From: an uncultured Verrucomicrobiae bacterium | GTDB lineage: Bacteria > Chlamydiota > Chlamydiia > Chlamydiales > Rhabdochlamydiaceae | Assembly: GCA_963718565.1 (NCBI GenBank) | Contig: OY970364.1 | Span: 160,001 to 224,000, forward strand | Length of the DNA stretch: 64,000 nt | Direction of reading: 5' to 3' | Part shown: positions 20,338 through 31,156 of the stretch, piece after piece | Layout: each line of letters starts with the position of its first letter | Position numbering within the stretch: position 1 is the first letter of the stretch | Program-made: the position numbers and the translations under genes | The notes under the pieces: generated by a model | The model's database searches: none | What the model saw: only the letters and a program-made list of their open reading frames with translations | What the model was told of the DNA's origin: nothing

Positions 20338-20555
20338 CTCTGGGCAAAAGCTGATGTGGATTTAGAAGATTGACTTTCAATCCAGGTGTCGAATAAGTCC
20401 ATGCGTAGGACTAGTCGTTTGCCAACCTTTCTCACGGCTTCTTGAAGTCCGTTGCGATGGCGGTAAAGAAGCAGATGGCGCATCTGCCCCATGGTGAACG
20501 GGTATCTGCCGCTTTTTACAATTTGTTGCGGCGACCAGTACTCAATATTATTCAT
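20334..20555 (-). CDS. Excisionase/AlpA-like small DNA-binding protein
   Basis: Small basic wHTH-like protein upstream of the primase; homologous to 50267-50464 and 62593-62886 (R.NGL...+++.++.L....F..W). Confidence 0.75.
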   Translation of the reverse strand: MNNIEYWSPQQIVKSGRYPFTMGQMRHLLLYRHRNGLQEAVRKVGKRLVLRMDLFDTWIESQSSKSTSAFAQS

Positions 20556-20686
20556 AAAATCTCCGTAAATCGGGTTTTTCTTGATCTGCGCCCAATTTTA
20601 ACGAAGGGTGCCGATTATTCGTCGGCACGGTGGTGGACAGTTTGTTGAAGAGTGGTAATTGGATAGCTTAACGATCTGAATAAGAA

Positions 20687-21727
20687 TTATTTAGGCTGAG
20701 TCCTATGATCGCCGAAATGATGAGGGTGGCTGAGTAACGTGACGTAAGTAATATTGCCATATTCTGGCTTTGGAGCGACGTTTTTCAAAGCGGTATCGAA
20801 GGTTCTGGTTAAACTACGGAAGGGGCGTTGAAGGATCGTTTCTCTTGGTTTTTTAGATGGTACGCGAGACAATGCATCAAGGAATTTAGCTACTCGGTGA
20901 GAAATCCTGATTTTTCGATCTCCAAATAGTGTTGGGACTAGCAGTGTTGGAAATTCACCGTCAAGATGAAGCGCAGTGGCTTTAGTTGCCCAAATTGTTT
21001 TCAAATTAACAGGCAATCGCAACCGAGAGCTTGTAAGGCAAAGCCAACAAAAACCCAAGCTCTCTGCTGCGGTGAGCTGAGCATTTGGGCGGCTATAACG
21101 ACATATTTTTGCCAATTCTACAAGAAGGTCACGTGCAGTTTCTTGAGGGATAGGATAGACTTCAGGTGCAATTTTTCTGGTAATTCTCCCATGACAGATA
21201 TCCATTTTTTCTGGGAAGATTTGCTCTAAGAATGCGATTTCTTCATTGGACAGGTTGCGCATATAGGCAAGAAAACTTTTGAAAGCACGCCATTCCAGTC
21301 TTGCCCCTTTTCCTTCTTCTTCTACTGCTTTGGCCATTCTAAGGACGTAGTCCAATAAAGTTTCTTTTTTGCGAGGCTTTTCAAGTTCAAAGTCCTCAAA
21401 GGGCTCGTAATAAGCGTCTGTGATCTCTAGCCATTTCTTCCAAGCTGCGATGCATTTTATTGCATCGCTTTTTGCAGTATCCGAGGAGATGGGTTTATCG
21501 AATAGCCACCGCTCTAATTCATTGATTTCTTTTACATCTGTTGCCCCATGAAGCCAGCATCGGGCATGCTTTTGATTCCAATTTTCTTCTGAAACAACAT
21601 CGAACCCTGGATTATCAATTTCCACTTGCCTCCAGAACTCTCTGATGTTCGTGAGATCAGTCTCAAGATCGTTTAAAATCTCTTTGGCGTTTGTGAGCGG
21701 GTCTTTTGCTGTACTCATAAAACTCAT
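20687..21727 (-). CDS. Hypothetical protein; C-terminus resembles a degenerate tyrosine-recombinase domain
   Basis: 346-aa ORF in the int-xis interval; C-terminal pattern shared with 50619-52061. Confidence 0.6.
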   Translation of the reverse strand: MSFMSTAKDPLTNAKEILNDLETDLTNIREFWRQVEIDNPGFDVVSEENWNQKHARCWLHGATDVKEINELERWLFDKPISSDTAKSDAIKCIAAWKKWLEITDAYYEPFEDFELEKPRKKETLLDYVLRMAKAVEEEGKGARLEWRAFKSFLAYMRNLSNEEIAFLEQIFPEKMDICHGRITRKIAPEVYPIPQETARDLLVELAKICRYSRPNAQLTAAESLGFCWLCLTSSRLRLPVNLKTIWATKATALHLDGEFPTLLVPTLFGDRKIRISHRVAKFLDALSRVPSKKPRETILQRPFRSLTRTFDTALKNVAPKPEYGNITYVTLLSHPHHFGDHRTQPK

Positions 21728-21728
21728 C

Positions 21729-22808
21729 TCATTCCTTGTCGCTCTGGGTTTCTAGCCGTTGCTTTGCATGCTCAATTGCTTTGTTCAGTTTCTCTCGGAG
21801 AACTGCTTTGGAAGGTAGGGCAGTCAAATATTCGGCAACGTGGATGCCGGCTCGATCGAGTTCAAGGAGTTCGATCTGCTCACTTTGTTTGCCGGTGCAG
21901 AGAATAAGTCCCAAAGGAGGATGCTCCTCAGGCTGGCGCTCATATCTGTCGAGCCAACGAAGGTATAGTTCCATTTGTCCTTTGTGTTCAGGCTTAAAAT
22001 CTCCGAGCTTTAATTCGATGGCAACCAATCGTTTTAGTTTTCTATGGAAAAAGAGGAGGTCGAGGTGAAAATCTGTGTCATCGATAGTCATCCGTTTTTG
22101 ACGAGCAAGAAAGCAAAAGCCTATTCCTAATTCTAGTAAAAACTGTTCAAGCTCTCGCATGATCGCATCTTCAAGATCCTTCTCAATGTACCGATCATCG
22201 AGTTTCAGAAATTCAAGCACATAGGGATCACGAAAGACGAGGTCAGGTGAAAGTTGGTCTTCTTTGCGGAGGGCATCGATCTCAGCTTGAGCAACCAGTT
22301 CTGGACGTTTTGACAGTGCTGTTCTTTCATAAAGCATCGAGTCGATTTTTTTGCTTAAGGTCCGAACATTCCACCGTTCGATTCGGCACATCTCGGCGTA
22401 AAAATCGCGCTTGATAGCATCCTTGATCGGAATGAGTAACCTGAAATGGGACCAACTTAATTGGTGGGTCAGCGACAAAATGACTTGCTGGTCAGGAAAG
22501 ACTTCAGCGAACTGTATCATCCGATGTAAGTTCTTCTCCAAGAACCCTTTGCCATAATCTGCCGTCAATTGTCGCCACAGTGTGGCGACAATCTTTTTCC
22601 CGTATTCGGCACGTTCATCCTTAGGGATTTCTTTGCTGATGCGAGCTCCTACATGCCAGTACAGTAAGGTTAACCCAGCATTGACCGTGGACGCGATTGA
22701 CTTGCGGGTCTGATCGATCATGTGCCGCAGATCTTCAAGTAAAGCAACTGGGACGGTCGTCACGAGTGCCTGGGGCTGCGGAGGGGTGAGTGATGTTTGA
22801 GGATTCAT
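21729..22808 (-). CDS. DUF1016/YhcG PD-(D/E)XK nuclease family protein
   Basis: Start MNPQ at 22808 overlaps the integrase stop; LYWHVG, LSWSHF, RDPYVLEFL, IELK motifs. Confidence 0.9.
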   Translation of the reverse strand: MNPQTSLTPPQPQALVTTVPVALLEDLRHMIDQTRKSIASTVNAGLTLLYWHVGARISKEIPKDERAEYGKKIVATLWRQLTADYGKGFLEKNLHRMIQFAEVFPDQQVILSLTHQLSWSHFRLLIPIKDAIKRDFYAEMCRIERWNVRTLSKKIDSMLYERTALSKRPELVAQAEIDALRKEDQLSPDLVFRDPYVLEFLKLDDRYIEKDLEDAIMRELEQFLLELGIGFCFLARQKRMTIDDTDFHLDLLFFHRKLKRLVAIELKLGDFKPEHKGQMELYLRWLDRYERQPEEHPPLGLILCTGKQSEQIELLELDRAGIHVAEYLTALPSKAVLREKLNKAIEHAKQRLETQSDKE

Positions 22809-23879
22809 AGAGAGTCTCCTTTGAGGATTTGGTCTGAGATTTGATTGCTGAATTGTTTTGTGACTTGGACATCCATGTGGGTGTAATGGAGCAGCATCGC
22901 TAGGGTGCGATGGCCTGTGGCAGTGGCCAGTTGGAGGTTGGAGGCGCCTTTTGCAGCGGCGTAAGTACAGAACGTATGGCGCATGTCGTGGGCTCGGCAA
23001 TTAGTGATATTGGCTCGTTGGAGGGCTTGCTGCCAAGCTTTCTTGATGTCGATTCGTCCGAATGCTGTTTTGCTGGCAAAGACGAGAGGTTTTTGGGGAT
23101 TTCGTCTCTTTGTAGAGGCATTGGAGTTCTTCGATGACGGGATCGCAGAGGGCGATGCTGCGGGGACGGCCATTTTTGGTTTCTTTGATGTAGGCGAGTT
23201 TGTTGTTGAAGTCGATATGTTTCCATTCGAGATTGAGAATTTCGCCTTGGCGGGCTCCTGTAGTAAGCGAAAGAAGGATGATGCAATAGAGGTAAGGGGA
23301 TTTGCTTCTTCGGGAAGCGGTAAGAAGGCGTGTGATCTCGTCTTCAGAAAGGACGCGGTCTCGGCCGGGGTTTTCTTTGAGTTTCATGAGGCGCAAGCGC
23401 GGGGTTTTCGCTGATCCAGCGGAGCTGGAGGGTGGCATAAGTGAGAAGGGAGGAGAGCGAGGCCATGTAGCGATTGGTAGTGGCAGCAGTTCGTTTAAGA
23501 CTTCTGTTGTGTGGGAGTGTCGGTGAGGAATTGCCGTTCCTTACCTAGCAGTTCGGGGGTGATGTGGACAAGGCCGTAGGAGCCAAGGCGTGATTTCCAA
23601 TAGTTGAGGTGGCGGAGAGTGTCATCGGCAGGAGCGATGATGTTCGAGTGCGCCGTCTTGGATGTAGCGTTCTGTGAGTTCGGCGAAGGTACGGATTTGA
23701 TTGTGTTGGTCAAATTTGAATTGACCGGCTTTGATTTGTCGTTCGACGTTTGAAGCCCAGTCATCGGCTTCTTGCTTGCGTTCGAAGTGATTGCAGACAG
23801 TAGGGTAGCCTTTGATGCGGACGACAGCGCGCCAGACGGTGGTGCCGTTTTCATTTTTGCGTTTGAAAATAGATGCCAT
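22805..23879 (-). pseudogene. Tyrosine integrase of element B, multiply frameshifted
   Basis: Pieces in different frames: MASIFKR... (23879), RHLNYWK, TGARQGE...KNG, AHDMRH...TGH...HYTH. Confidence 0.9.
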
Positions 23880-24047
23880 GATTCCAACCTCATGTTTTGA
23901 GAGATTTAGTTGGTTGGATGGCGCTGCTGGTTAAGATTATTCTTTGTTGCACCGCCATTGCACCGTGCGGCTACAATTTAAACTTGAACTTGATATTCGT
24001 TCAAGTTAATTGTGCGCAAGTGCAATGGAATGTGCTGGTTAAGAATG

Positions 24048-24097
24048 TGGGGCAAGCAGGACTTGAACCTGCGACCAGCGGGTTATGAGTCCGCAGC
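24048..24097 (-). repeat. att site: 3' half of a CAT-anticodon tRNA (copy 3)
   Basis: Reverse complement GCTGCGGA-CTCATAA-CCCGC-TGGTC-GCAGG-TTCAAGT-CCTGC-TTGCCCCA with a perfect T-stem. Confidence 0.92.
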
Positions 24098-24224
24098 ACC
24101 CGCGCCACTTCCCAGCAGCTAACTGCCCAGAATCATAGCGGAAAGCGCTCCTTTCCATCCATCGCGAACTATCGCCACTTATCGCGCTTTTTTGCATGCT
24201 AGTGGTCCACAAATGGTCCACAGA
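24098..24224. repeat. About 125-bp att-arm region, repeated at about 53382-53508
   Basis: CCCGCGCCACTTCCCAGCAGCTAACT...TGGTCCACAAATGGTCCACAGA follows both att copies. Confidence 0.9.
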
Positions 24225-24229
24225 AAGGC

Positions 24230-25636
24230 TTGATGATCTATTGGATTTTTGCTAAAAATGACTCAAAACATCGTAAAAAAATATCAAAAAGCGACCTTTT
24301 AATGGATGCCATCAGTCACATCGCTAAATTCTTTCGAATGGTTGTTTTTGTTGTTATTGCATTTATAGCAAGCTCTGACCTTGCTTATTGCGAGGAAATT
24401 CAATTTGATATTTATAAAGAGTTCACTGACACACAATACAAAAACCACCTCAAGGAATTTCAAAGAGCTTTTGGAAAGCAAATCGAAGAGGAATTTGGTC
24501 TAAAATGGATAGAAGGGGGGTTTACACATAATTTTTCCAGTGATGAACCAGAATTTTATGCCTATCATCGTGCAACACTTGAAGAGGCCAGAGCGCTTGT
24601 GCTGGCAGTAATACTTAAACTCTCTGAGGCAATTCATGCAGACCCAATAATGCTGTCTTATCTTAATAAATCATCTTTAACTCCAGATTTTCTGGGGGTT
24701 GATATTTGCTTCGTAGATTTACACAACTGGGGTTATGACGATGGTAGTATTGATAGCGTGTATTCTTATTATTCCAAGGGAGATACAAGTAATGTTAAAA
24801 AGCTGCATCTTCGATATAATGCAACAGACCCATTTAGTGATGTTTCAGACTTTGAAAATATTGTTTACAGTGATGTTAAGGAATCTTTTGAAGACGCTGT
24901 TAAACTTAATGCTGTAAACACCATCATAAATCCTATCATTCATTATCCAAAGGAATTTGAAGACGAGTTAAATAAAATTTTATCTTCTTTCAAAGAGGAG
25001 ATGAAAGAGAAACATAGCTTGTTCTTTCGGTCTATTGGATGGATGGTAGCCGGAAGCTCGACTTCTGACATATCGGAAATTCGTACTAAATGCACTTATC
25101 GTTATTCCGTTGATTGTCAGAAAGCTAGAGCGCTTATATTATTAACAACCGAAAAGCTACTCACTGCTTTGAATAACAGTGAAACACTTAAACCTTATTT
25201 AAAAGACTATCCTTTTTCAGCGAATGGCGTAAAATTGCGTATGCTTTTTAGAAAAGAAAAATATTTTGTTGGGGATGTGCCTTATTACGATGGAAGTATG
25301 GAGAGTGCTGTAGCTAGTGGAAATACCATTACTTATTATCATCACATTCCAAATGCTAGAGATTCAAGTAGGCACGATAGAATCATCTATGCAAAAGAAT
25401 CTTATCAAGAAGCTCAAAAGACCTTTGAAAACACTCCTCCTTTGACTCTATTTAAAAAAGTTACTAAAGGAATAAAAAACATCGTTTCTAAGTCCATTCA
25501 TTTTTTGGAATTGGCAGTTATTATGTTTTTCATGTTCTTGTTGCTTATGATAACCACAGGCGGCTGGTTATTTATAATTCCCGTTATCATATTTTTTATA
25601 TTACGTCGGAAGCGTAGGTCCTCACAAGAAAATTAA
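24230..25636 (+). CDS. Membrane-anchored protein with a tandemly duplicated unknown domain
   Basis: Two repeats (EARALVL...LSYL...DGSI and KARALIL...LKPYLKDYPF...DGSM), N-terminal hydrophobic segment, C-terminal TM hairpin. Confidence 0.65.
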   Translation: MMIYWIFAKNDSKHRKKISKSDLLMDAISHIAKFFRMVVFVVIAFIASSDLAYCEEIQFDIYKEFTDTQYKNHLKEFQRAFGKQIEEEFGLKWIEGGFTHNFSSDEPEFYAYHRATLEEARALVLAVILKLSEAIHADPIMLSYLNKSSLTPDFLGVDICFVDLHNWGYDDGSIDSVYSYYSKGDTSNVKKLHLRYNATDPFSDVSDFENIVYSDVKESFEDAVKLNAVNTIINPIIHYPKEFEDELNKILSSFKEEMKEKHSLFFRSIGWMVAGSSTSDISEIRTKCTYRYSVDCQKARALILLTTEKLLTALNNSETLKPYLKDYPFSANGVKLRMLFRKEKYFVGDVPYYDGSMESAVASGNTITYYHHIPNARDSSRHDRIIYAKESYQEAQKTFENTPPLTLFKKVTKGIKNIVSKSIHFLELAVIMFFMFLLLMITTGGWLFIIPVIIFFILRRKRRSSQEN

Positions 25637-25950
25637 AGTATTTTGGTGAGAACAAATAGCTGCAAACTCCGAAGACTCGATCTTCAGGGCTCTTCAGGGT
25701 TTGGTCGTGACTGATACCTAGAAAAATGGGTCTTCCAGGTTTTTCTAGGTTATTTTCTAGGTTGTCCTATTTTTACAAGTCCTTAAATATGATAATATTG
25801 CATGCAGAATCGAATATATGTAGACATTTTTTAAATCTTTGGATGTTTATGTTTGTGAGATTTTTTCTCTTTAACCATTGCTATTTCGTTAGGAAATCAT
25901 GCTAAAATAAGGTTATATTGAGAGAAAATATCTCATAAAGGAGTCTCCTT

Positions 25951-27276
25951 ATGCTGATTCGATTTTCAATTGAAAATTGGATGTCCTTCCAAACCAAAGC
26001 CACTTTCTCGCTGATAGCAAGCCGTGAGCGTCAACATGGGGAGCGCATCCCTAAAATAGGCAAACTCAAACTCGGGGTTCTGCCTGTTGCGGCCGTATAT
26101 GGAGGGAATGCGTCCGGAAAAACCAATCTTTTTAAGGCCCTGCATTTTGCAAAAGGACTGATCGTTAAAGGGACCCAACCCTACAGCCTAATTGCTGTAG
26201 ATAGTTTTAGGCTTGGAAATGCACAAAAGGTCGAACAGCCAGCCCAGTTTGAGTTTGAACTGCTAATCGACGAGACGGTTTATGCATTTAGTTTCTCTGT
26301 TAACCGCAAAACCATTTTAGAAGAAAAATTGGTTCATATTTCTGGTAACAGCGAAAAGACTCTTTATCATCGAGTATCAGGAGAGCCTAATTTCGATTCA
26401 TCTTTAAAGAGTGACCAATCGCTCCAGTTTGCTTTCAAAGGCACTCGCGATAATCAGCTCTTCCTCACTAATTCAGTTTCTCAAAAAATAGATGCCTTCA
26501 AGCCAGTGTACGACTGGTTTAAAGATACATTGGAGCTGATCGCGCCTGATTCAAGATTTGAACTTTTTGAGCAATTTTTGGATGAAGGACATCCTTTGTA
26601 CGCAACGATGAATAAGATGTTGTCCCAATTAGATACTGGAATATCTCATCTTGGCGGTGAAGAAATTCCATTTGAAAATTTACCGCTGCCCGAACCGATA
26701 AAGATGAAGTTAAGAGAAGAATTGGCAGAAGATGCGACTGTCAGATTATTAGCCGAACCTGGGAATGAGCGTTTTGTCGTAACTCGAAAGAATGGCGAGT
26801 TAATCTCAAAAAAACTGGTCACCTATCATTTAAATTCTGATGGTTCAGAAACGAAGTTCGATATGAGACAAGAATCGGATGGTTCTCAACGTGTTATCGA
26901 TCTTCTTCCCGCTTTTTTAGAGCTATCTGCAGCTCAATCCAAAAAAGTCTATGTCATCGATGAAGTAGACAGGAGTTTACATACATTGTTGATCAGGCGT
27001 CTTCTAGAAGGCTATCTGGCAAAATGTTCTCATAATAGTCGCTCTCAGTTACTATTTACCACTCACAATGTGTTATTGATGGATCAGGATTTACTCAGAC
27101 GAGATGAAATGTGGATTGCAGAACGAAATGCGGAAGGGGTTTCCAGCTTGCTGTCTTTCAGCGAATACAAAGATGTGCGCTATGACAAAGACATTCGAAA
27201 AAGCTATCTCCAAGGACGCTTAGGAGGTATTCCTCGCATTCTTCTACAATCTCCCATCGAAAACCATACACAATGA
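25951..27276 (+). CDS. AAA_21 ATPase (RloA/AbiLi-like); partner gene removed by the IS
   Basis: [42 protein letters not shown]. Confidence 0.88.
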   Translation: MLIRFSIENWMSFQTKATFSLIASRERQHGERIPKIGKLKLGVLPVAAVYGGNASGKTNLFKALHFAKGLIVKGTQPYSLIAVDSFRLGNAQKVEQPAQFEFELLIDETVYAFSFSVNRKTILEEKLVHISGNSEKTLYHRVSGEPNFDSSLKSDQSLQFAFKGTRDNQLFLTNSVSQKIDAFKPVYDWFKDTLELIAPDSRFELFEQFLDEGHPLYATMNKMLSQLDTGISHLGGEEIPFENLPLPEPIKMKLREELAEDATVRLLAEPGNERFVVTRKNGELISKKLVTYHLNSDGSETKFDMRQESDGSQRVIDLLPAFLELSAAQSKKVYVIDEVDRSLHTLLIRRLLEGYLAKCSHNSRSQLLFTTHNVLLMDQDLLRRDEMWIAERNAEGVSSLLSFSEYKDVRYDKDIRKSYLQGRLGGIPRILLQSPIENHTQ

Positions 27277-27349
27277 GGAACAATGGCAAATAAATCTAAG
27301 GAACTTAATCGAGAAATTGAAAATCGAATAGAAATTGAAATCGTTGTAG

Positions 27350-28650
27350 CAGGGCCATTTAACTAAAAATTTTTGATACCAGATCAGCTAAGATGGCATA
27401 ATAAATTCCTCAAATTTGGAGGACCTATTATGTCACGCCGTAAGCCAATCGACGCCACAATCCTAGAAGCTAGTAAGAATTTTGATGCCCGTGTATTCGC
27501 GGAAACCGTCAAGGGAGAGTTTGCAGATTTCCCTGATTATCGACGTAATCAAAAACGTGTCTTATATCCAGTTTGGTATTTGACTCTTGTTATTCTCTGC
27601 GGATTCTTTTGTGGATGCAATACGATTGAGGAAATCGCTGAATATGTTTCTCTGCAGGAGGAGTGGTTTTCTTCTCTGCTAGGTGAGGAGCTCTCAGCAC
27701 CTTCCCATGGAGCGCTCTGGTGGTTTTTAGTGAAAACACCCCCTGGTGCGCTCAAGCACTACTTGCAAAAATGGTTCAGCAAAATTCCTGCTTCATTGCG
27801 CGATCAGCTATTGGCGATCGATGGTAAACGGATGAAAGGCGCAAATTTCCTAGGCGGTGTCACACACGTAGTGGAGCTATTCGCAGCGGAGGATCGATTA
27901 TGTCTTGCCGTGGAAAAGGTCCCAAATAAAACAGTCGAAAAGAGCACGTTACCAATCATTTTGGAGCAAGTGAATGTAGAGGGGGCGATTATTTCAGGAG
28001 ATGCACATTTCACCGTAGCCGAATCGGCAGAACAAATCGTTGATGCGAAGGCAGATTATCTGCTGGCTGTTAAGGACAACCAGCCAACGCTGTGCGCTGA
28101 AATGGAGAATTTTTTTGATCAAGCTCACGCAGTCGAATGGGAGGAAGTCCCCCATTCGTTTCACCAGGAAGTAGATAAAGGCCATGGTCGAATCGACATT
28201 CGAGAAGTACGAGTCGTCGAGGACCTGGACTGGTTGCCAAATGCGGGCAAATGGAAAAACTTAGTCTGTCTCATCGAAGTAAGGTCCACGAGGCAAAAAC
28301 TTGGATCTACTGCCAATGAGGTATTTAGACGGCTATATATTTCGAGTCGTCGAGCATCTGCCAAAGATTTTGCTAAATGGACCCGACAGCACTGGAGCAT
28401 AGAAAACAAATGCCATTGGGTAGCTGATGTGATTTTTGAAGAGGATTATGCATTGACGGATAGAGGGAATAGTGCGGAGAACATGGGGTTGTTTCGACGT
28501 TTGGCTATGAACATGGCTGCAGTTGTAGATCCAGAAAGGGGGCTCGCCTCCGTAAGGCGCGCAGCAACTTTCGGTGGTGGGTACTTAAAGGGAATTTTGG
28601 CAACATTTTTCTGTTCGAAAATGTCAAAACATTTTAGTTAAATGGCCCTG
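27350..28650 (+). mobile_element. ISAs1-family IS (transposase 27430-28641)
   Basis: Terminal IR CAGGGCCATTTAACTAAAA; AIDGK, GDA, VKDNQ, HGRI, HWSIEN..HW..DV motifs; no target duplication. Confidence 0.93.
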
Positions 28651-28652
28651 GG

Positions 28653-28748
28653 ACAATTGGGTATTACGATTATGTCAATAATGTGCGAGTTATTATTAAT
28701 TCAAATAATGGGAAGGTTATAACAGTTATTCCAGGAGCTCCAAAATGA
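28653..28748 (+). pseudogene. C-terminal remnant of a polymorphic toxin (RNase-like tip)
   Basis: Reads TIGYYDYVNNVRVIINSNNGKVITVIPGAPK*, with an ATGA overlap into the next gene; 5' part lost at the ISAs1 end. Confidence 0.55.
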
Positions 28749-29026
28749 GTAAAAATGTTCGTGCTAAACAATTGCTTATGGAAACAATTCAAAAGATTCT
28801 TTTGAAGGAATGGGATCCGATAGGTATTCAAGATATTCCCGAAGCACAAGATGAGTATGATTCTTACATTTCAGATATTTGTGAATTAATACAGTCTAAA
28901 AAAACTGAAAGTGAGGTGTTTGATTATTTGTGGAGGATTGAAACAGAGCATATGGGTTTGTCTGGGGATAAAAAACATACACAAACCATTGCTCATAAAC
29001 TGTTCAAATTATCCGTTCCCTTATAA
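28745..29026 (+). CDS. DUF1871/YugE-like protein, putative immunity
   Basis: WDPIG...DEYDSY motif; coupled to the toxin remnant. Confidence 0.7.
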   Translation: MSKNVRAKQLLMETIQKILLKEWDPIGIQDIPEAQDEYDSYISDICELIQSKKTESEVFDYLWRIETEHMGLSGDKKHTQTIAHKLFKLSVPL

Positions 29027-29256
29027 AGAAGAACATATGAAAATTGAAAAAGTAGATACTCCTGCTGCGGGAACATGGGCACGGGATTGTGAGCTGTTAT
29101 GCCTATCTGATTGCAAAGGCTTTAAAATAAGGTACCACAGAGACGAAGATGATACTTACTGGAGTCTGCAATGCAAGGGGATTGTAGCATATAAAGTAAT
29201 GGGGGCTTGTAACAGAATCCATTGAACTTATTCAAACCTGATTATATATTATCAGA

Positions 29257-29679
29257 ATGAACAAGTTTTTAAGCATTCAGGAAGCAGCAAAATGTTTGGG
29301 AGTTTCTCCACAAACACTCCGCCGATGGGAAAGACAAAAGAAAATCGTTCCCTGTCATCGCATACAGGGCGGCCAACGCCGCTATAGTCTCACTCAGTTA
29401 CAGCCATTTAATTGCGGAGATAAAACCTCTGATCGTCTAACTGTTGCCTACGCAAGAGTTTCGAGTCATGATCAAAAAGAAGATTTACAACGACAAGTCC
29501 ATATGTTAGAAATTTACTGCTTTGCAAAAGGATGGGTGTTTTCGGTAACCAAAGACCTCGGTTCCGGGATGAACTATAATAAACGTGGGCTAAAACAACT
29601 GCTTGAGCAAAATGGTTCAAGAAGCCATAAGAACAAACAGCTTTTGGCCAACCTTCAAAATGCGGTCGCCAATGTCTAA
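29257..29679 (+). pseudogene. tnpA: IS607 TnpA (MerR-HTH + serine recombinase), internally deleted
   Basis: LGVSPQTLRRWE, YARVSS, DLGSG present; the middle of the catalytic domain is missing (GLKQLLEQ jumps to GSRSHKN). Confidence 0.8.
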
Positions 29680-31156
29680 AGAGAATCTGGTTCTTAAGCT
29701 GGGAATTGAAGCAGACCCTCAAACAATTTCTGAGCTCGATGGGCAATCGCGGATCTGTAATTGGCTTTATAATCATCTGCTAGAAAAAAGCCTGGAACTC
29801 AAGCGGGAATTTATCCATTCCGGCAACCCGGAGGCATCAAAGACCCTCTATACAGAAAGAGGACTCAGAAATGAACTTCCAAAACTCAAGGAAGAGCACC
29901 CCTTTCTAAAAGTCGTCCACTCTTCTCCATTAAAAAATACCGCTTTGAGACTTAGTGAAGCAATCCGGGTTCATCAAAAATCAAAAAAAGGAAAACGGAA
30001 AGGCAAACAGATGGGTTGGCCCAAATTTCGGGCCTGGAAACGGGACTGGTTTTCTCTTTTTTACGATGAACCAGAAAAAGGTTTCAAGATTCACGGCAAA
30101 GCCTTGTTCCTCTCCCTTGGAATGGGCCAGGACCGCAAGCGCCGCTTCCTCACTCTCGAATTACCCGAAGCACATCTCCTCAAAGACAAAACCCCACGCA
30201 ATTTGCGCATTATCTCCGAACTGGGAACCTACTATGCCATTTTTACCATTCAGAAAGAACTCCCCATCCGAAAACCCATTTCTAAAATCCTCGCACTCGA
30301 TCCCAATCACAAAAATCTCGCCTATGGTGTTGACACAAGTGGAACAGCCATTGAGATTGCATCTCCTCACTGGCTCAAAACTTACGATAAACGCCTGGAC
30401 GAACTAAAAAGTAAAAGAGACCGCTGTGATAAAAAATCTAAAAAATTCCATGTTCTGGATGAAAAAGGCAATCCCACAGGAAAAGAATTCCATCTTCCTT
30501 CCAGGCAATGGAGAAAATACGATCATGCCCTAAAAAGCGCACTGCGTAAACGCCGAGAACAGACCAAGACGTTTATGTTTACAAGCGCACATCGCCTTTT
30601 CCGAAATTACGACTGCATTGGAATCGGAGACTATACACCAAATGGCGAAGGCATTACTAAACCAATGCGGCGAGCGATGAATAACCGATCCTTGATTGGA
30701 CGTTGGAAAAACACCCTCTCCTGGGTAGCTCGAAAATCGGGAAAAACCTTTATTGAATTCGACGAGAAAGGGACAACCCGGACCTGTAGCCACTGCCTGC
30801 GGATTGAAGAGCGGGGAATCCCTGTCTCATTGAGACAATGGCAATGTCCACAGTGCAAGACCGTTCACATTCGCGACGAGAATGCCGCAATTAACGGCTT
30901 GAGAAAGATCTTGCGAGATCTTTCAGCAAAAAATGAAGGAGGATATCCTTCAATAGTGTCTGGCTCAGACCTCGCTTTTATCCAAAAGCGATGGGCCTGG
31001 TGTGTTTTGCCTAATGGTGTACATGTGACACCGTGGGGGCAAGACAGCAAAGCAATTTGCAGCACCAGGAAATTAAACCGAGGGCATGATAGCCCTCGAT
31101 CAAAAGTTGATAATTTGGTTATATACTCTAGAAAATTGAAGTCTGGAGAGGATTGA
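29672..31156 (+). CDS. tnpB: TnpB RNA-guided endonuclease, IS607 type
   Basis: WLYNHLLE, GWPKFR, RuvC-I ALDPN, DEKGTTRTCSHC, CPQC, RuvC-III RDENAA. Confidence 0.9.
   Translation: MSKENLVLKLGIEADPQTISELDGQSRICNWLYNHLLEKSLELKREFIHSGNPEASKTLYTERGLRNELPKLKEEHPFLKVVHSSPLKNTALRLSEAIRVHQKSKKGKRKGKQMGWPKFRAWKRDWFSLFYDEPEKGFKIHGKALFLSLGMGQDRKRRFLTLELPEAHLLKDKTPRNLRIISELGTYYAIFTIQKELPIRKPISKILALDPNHKNLAYGVDTSGTAIEIASPHWLKTYDKRLDELKSKRDRCDKKSKKFHVLDEKGNPTGKEFHLPSRQWRKYDHALKSALRKRREQTKTFMFTSAHRLFRNYDCIGIGDYTPNGEGITKPMRRAMNNRSLIGRWKNTLSWVARKSGKTFIEFDEKGTTRTCSHCLRIEERGIPVSLRQWQCPQCKTVHIRDENAAINGLRKILRDLSAKNEGGYPSIVSGSDLAFIQKRWAWCVLPNGVHVTPWGQDSKAICSTRKLNRGHDSPRSKVDNLVIYSRKLKSGED

Larger units (their letters stand above)
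9583..24097 (-). mobile_element. Integrative element B (about 14.5 kb), satellite-like core plus defence cargo
   Basis: att copies at both ends; TGCACCG-N4-TGCACCG at 9744-9761 and 23948-23965; int, xis and primase core with Kiwa and R-M cargo. Confidence 0.85.

Noticed and set aside
22809..23000. N-terminal extension of the 423-aa ORF
   Set aside because: It is an alternative frame of the integrase pseudogene; the DUF1016 gene starts at 22808.
24048..24125. Intact tRNA gene at any of the four att copies
   Set aside because: Only the anticodon arm, T-arm and 3' acceptor strand are present; no D-arm or complementary 5' acceptor strand follows.
24039..24221. Small similar ORFs at 24039-24221 and 53299-53511
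   Set aside because: The similarity reflects the repeated non-coding att arm and tRNA fragment.
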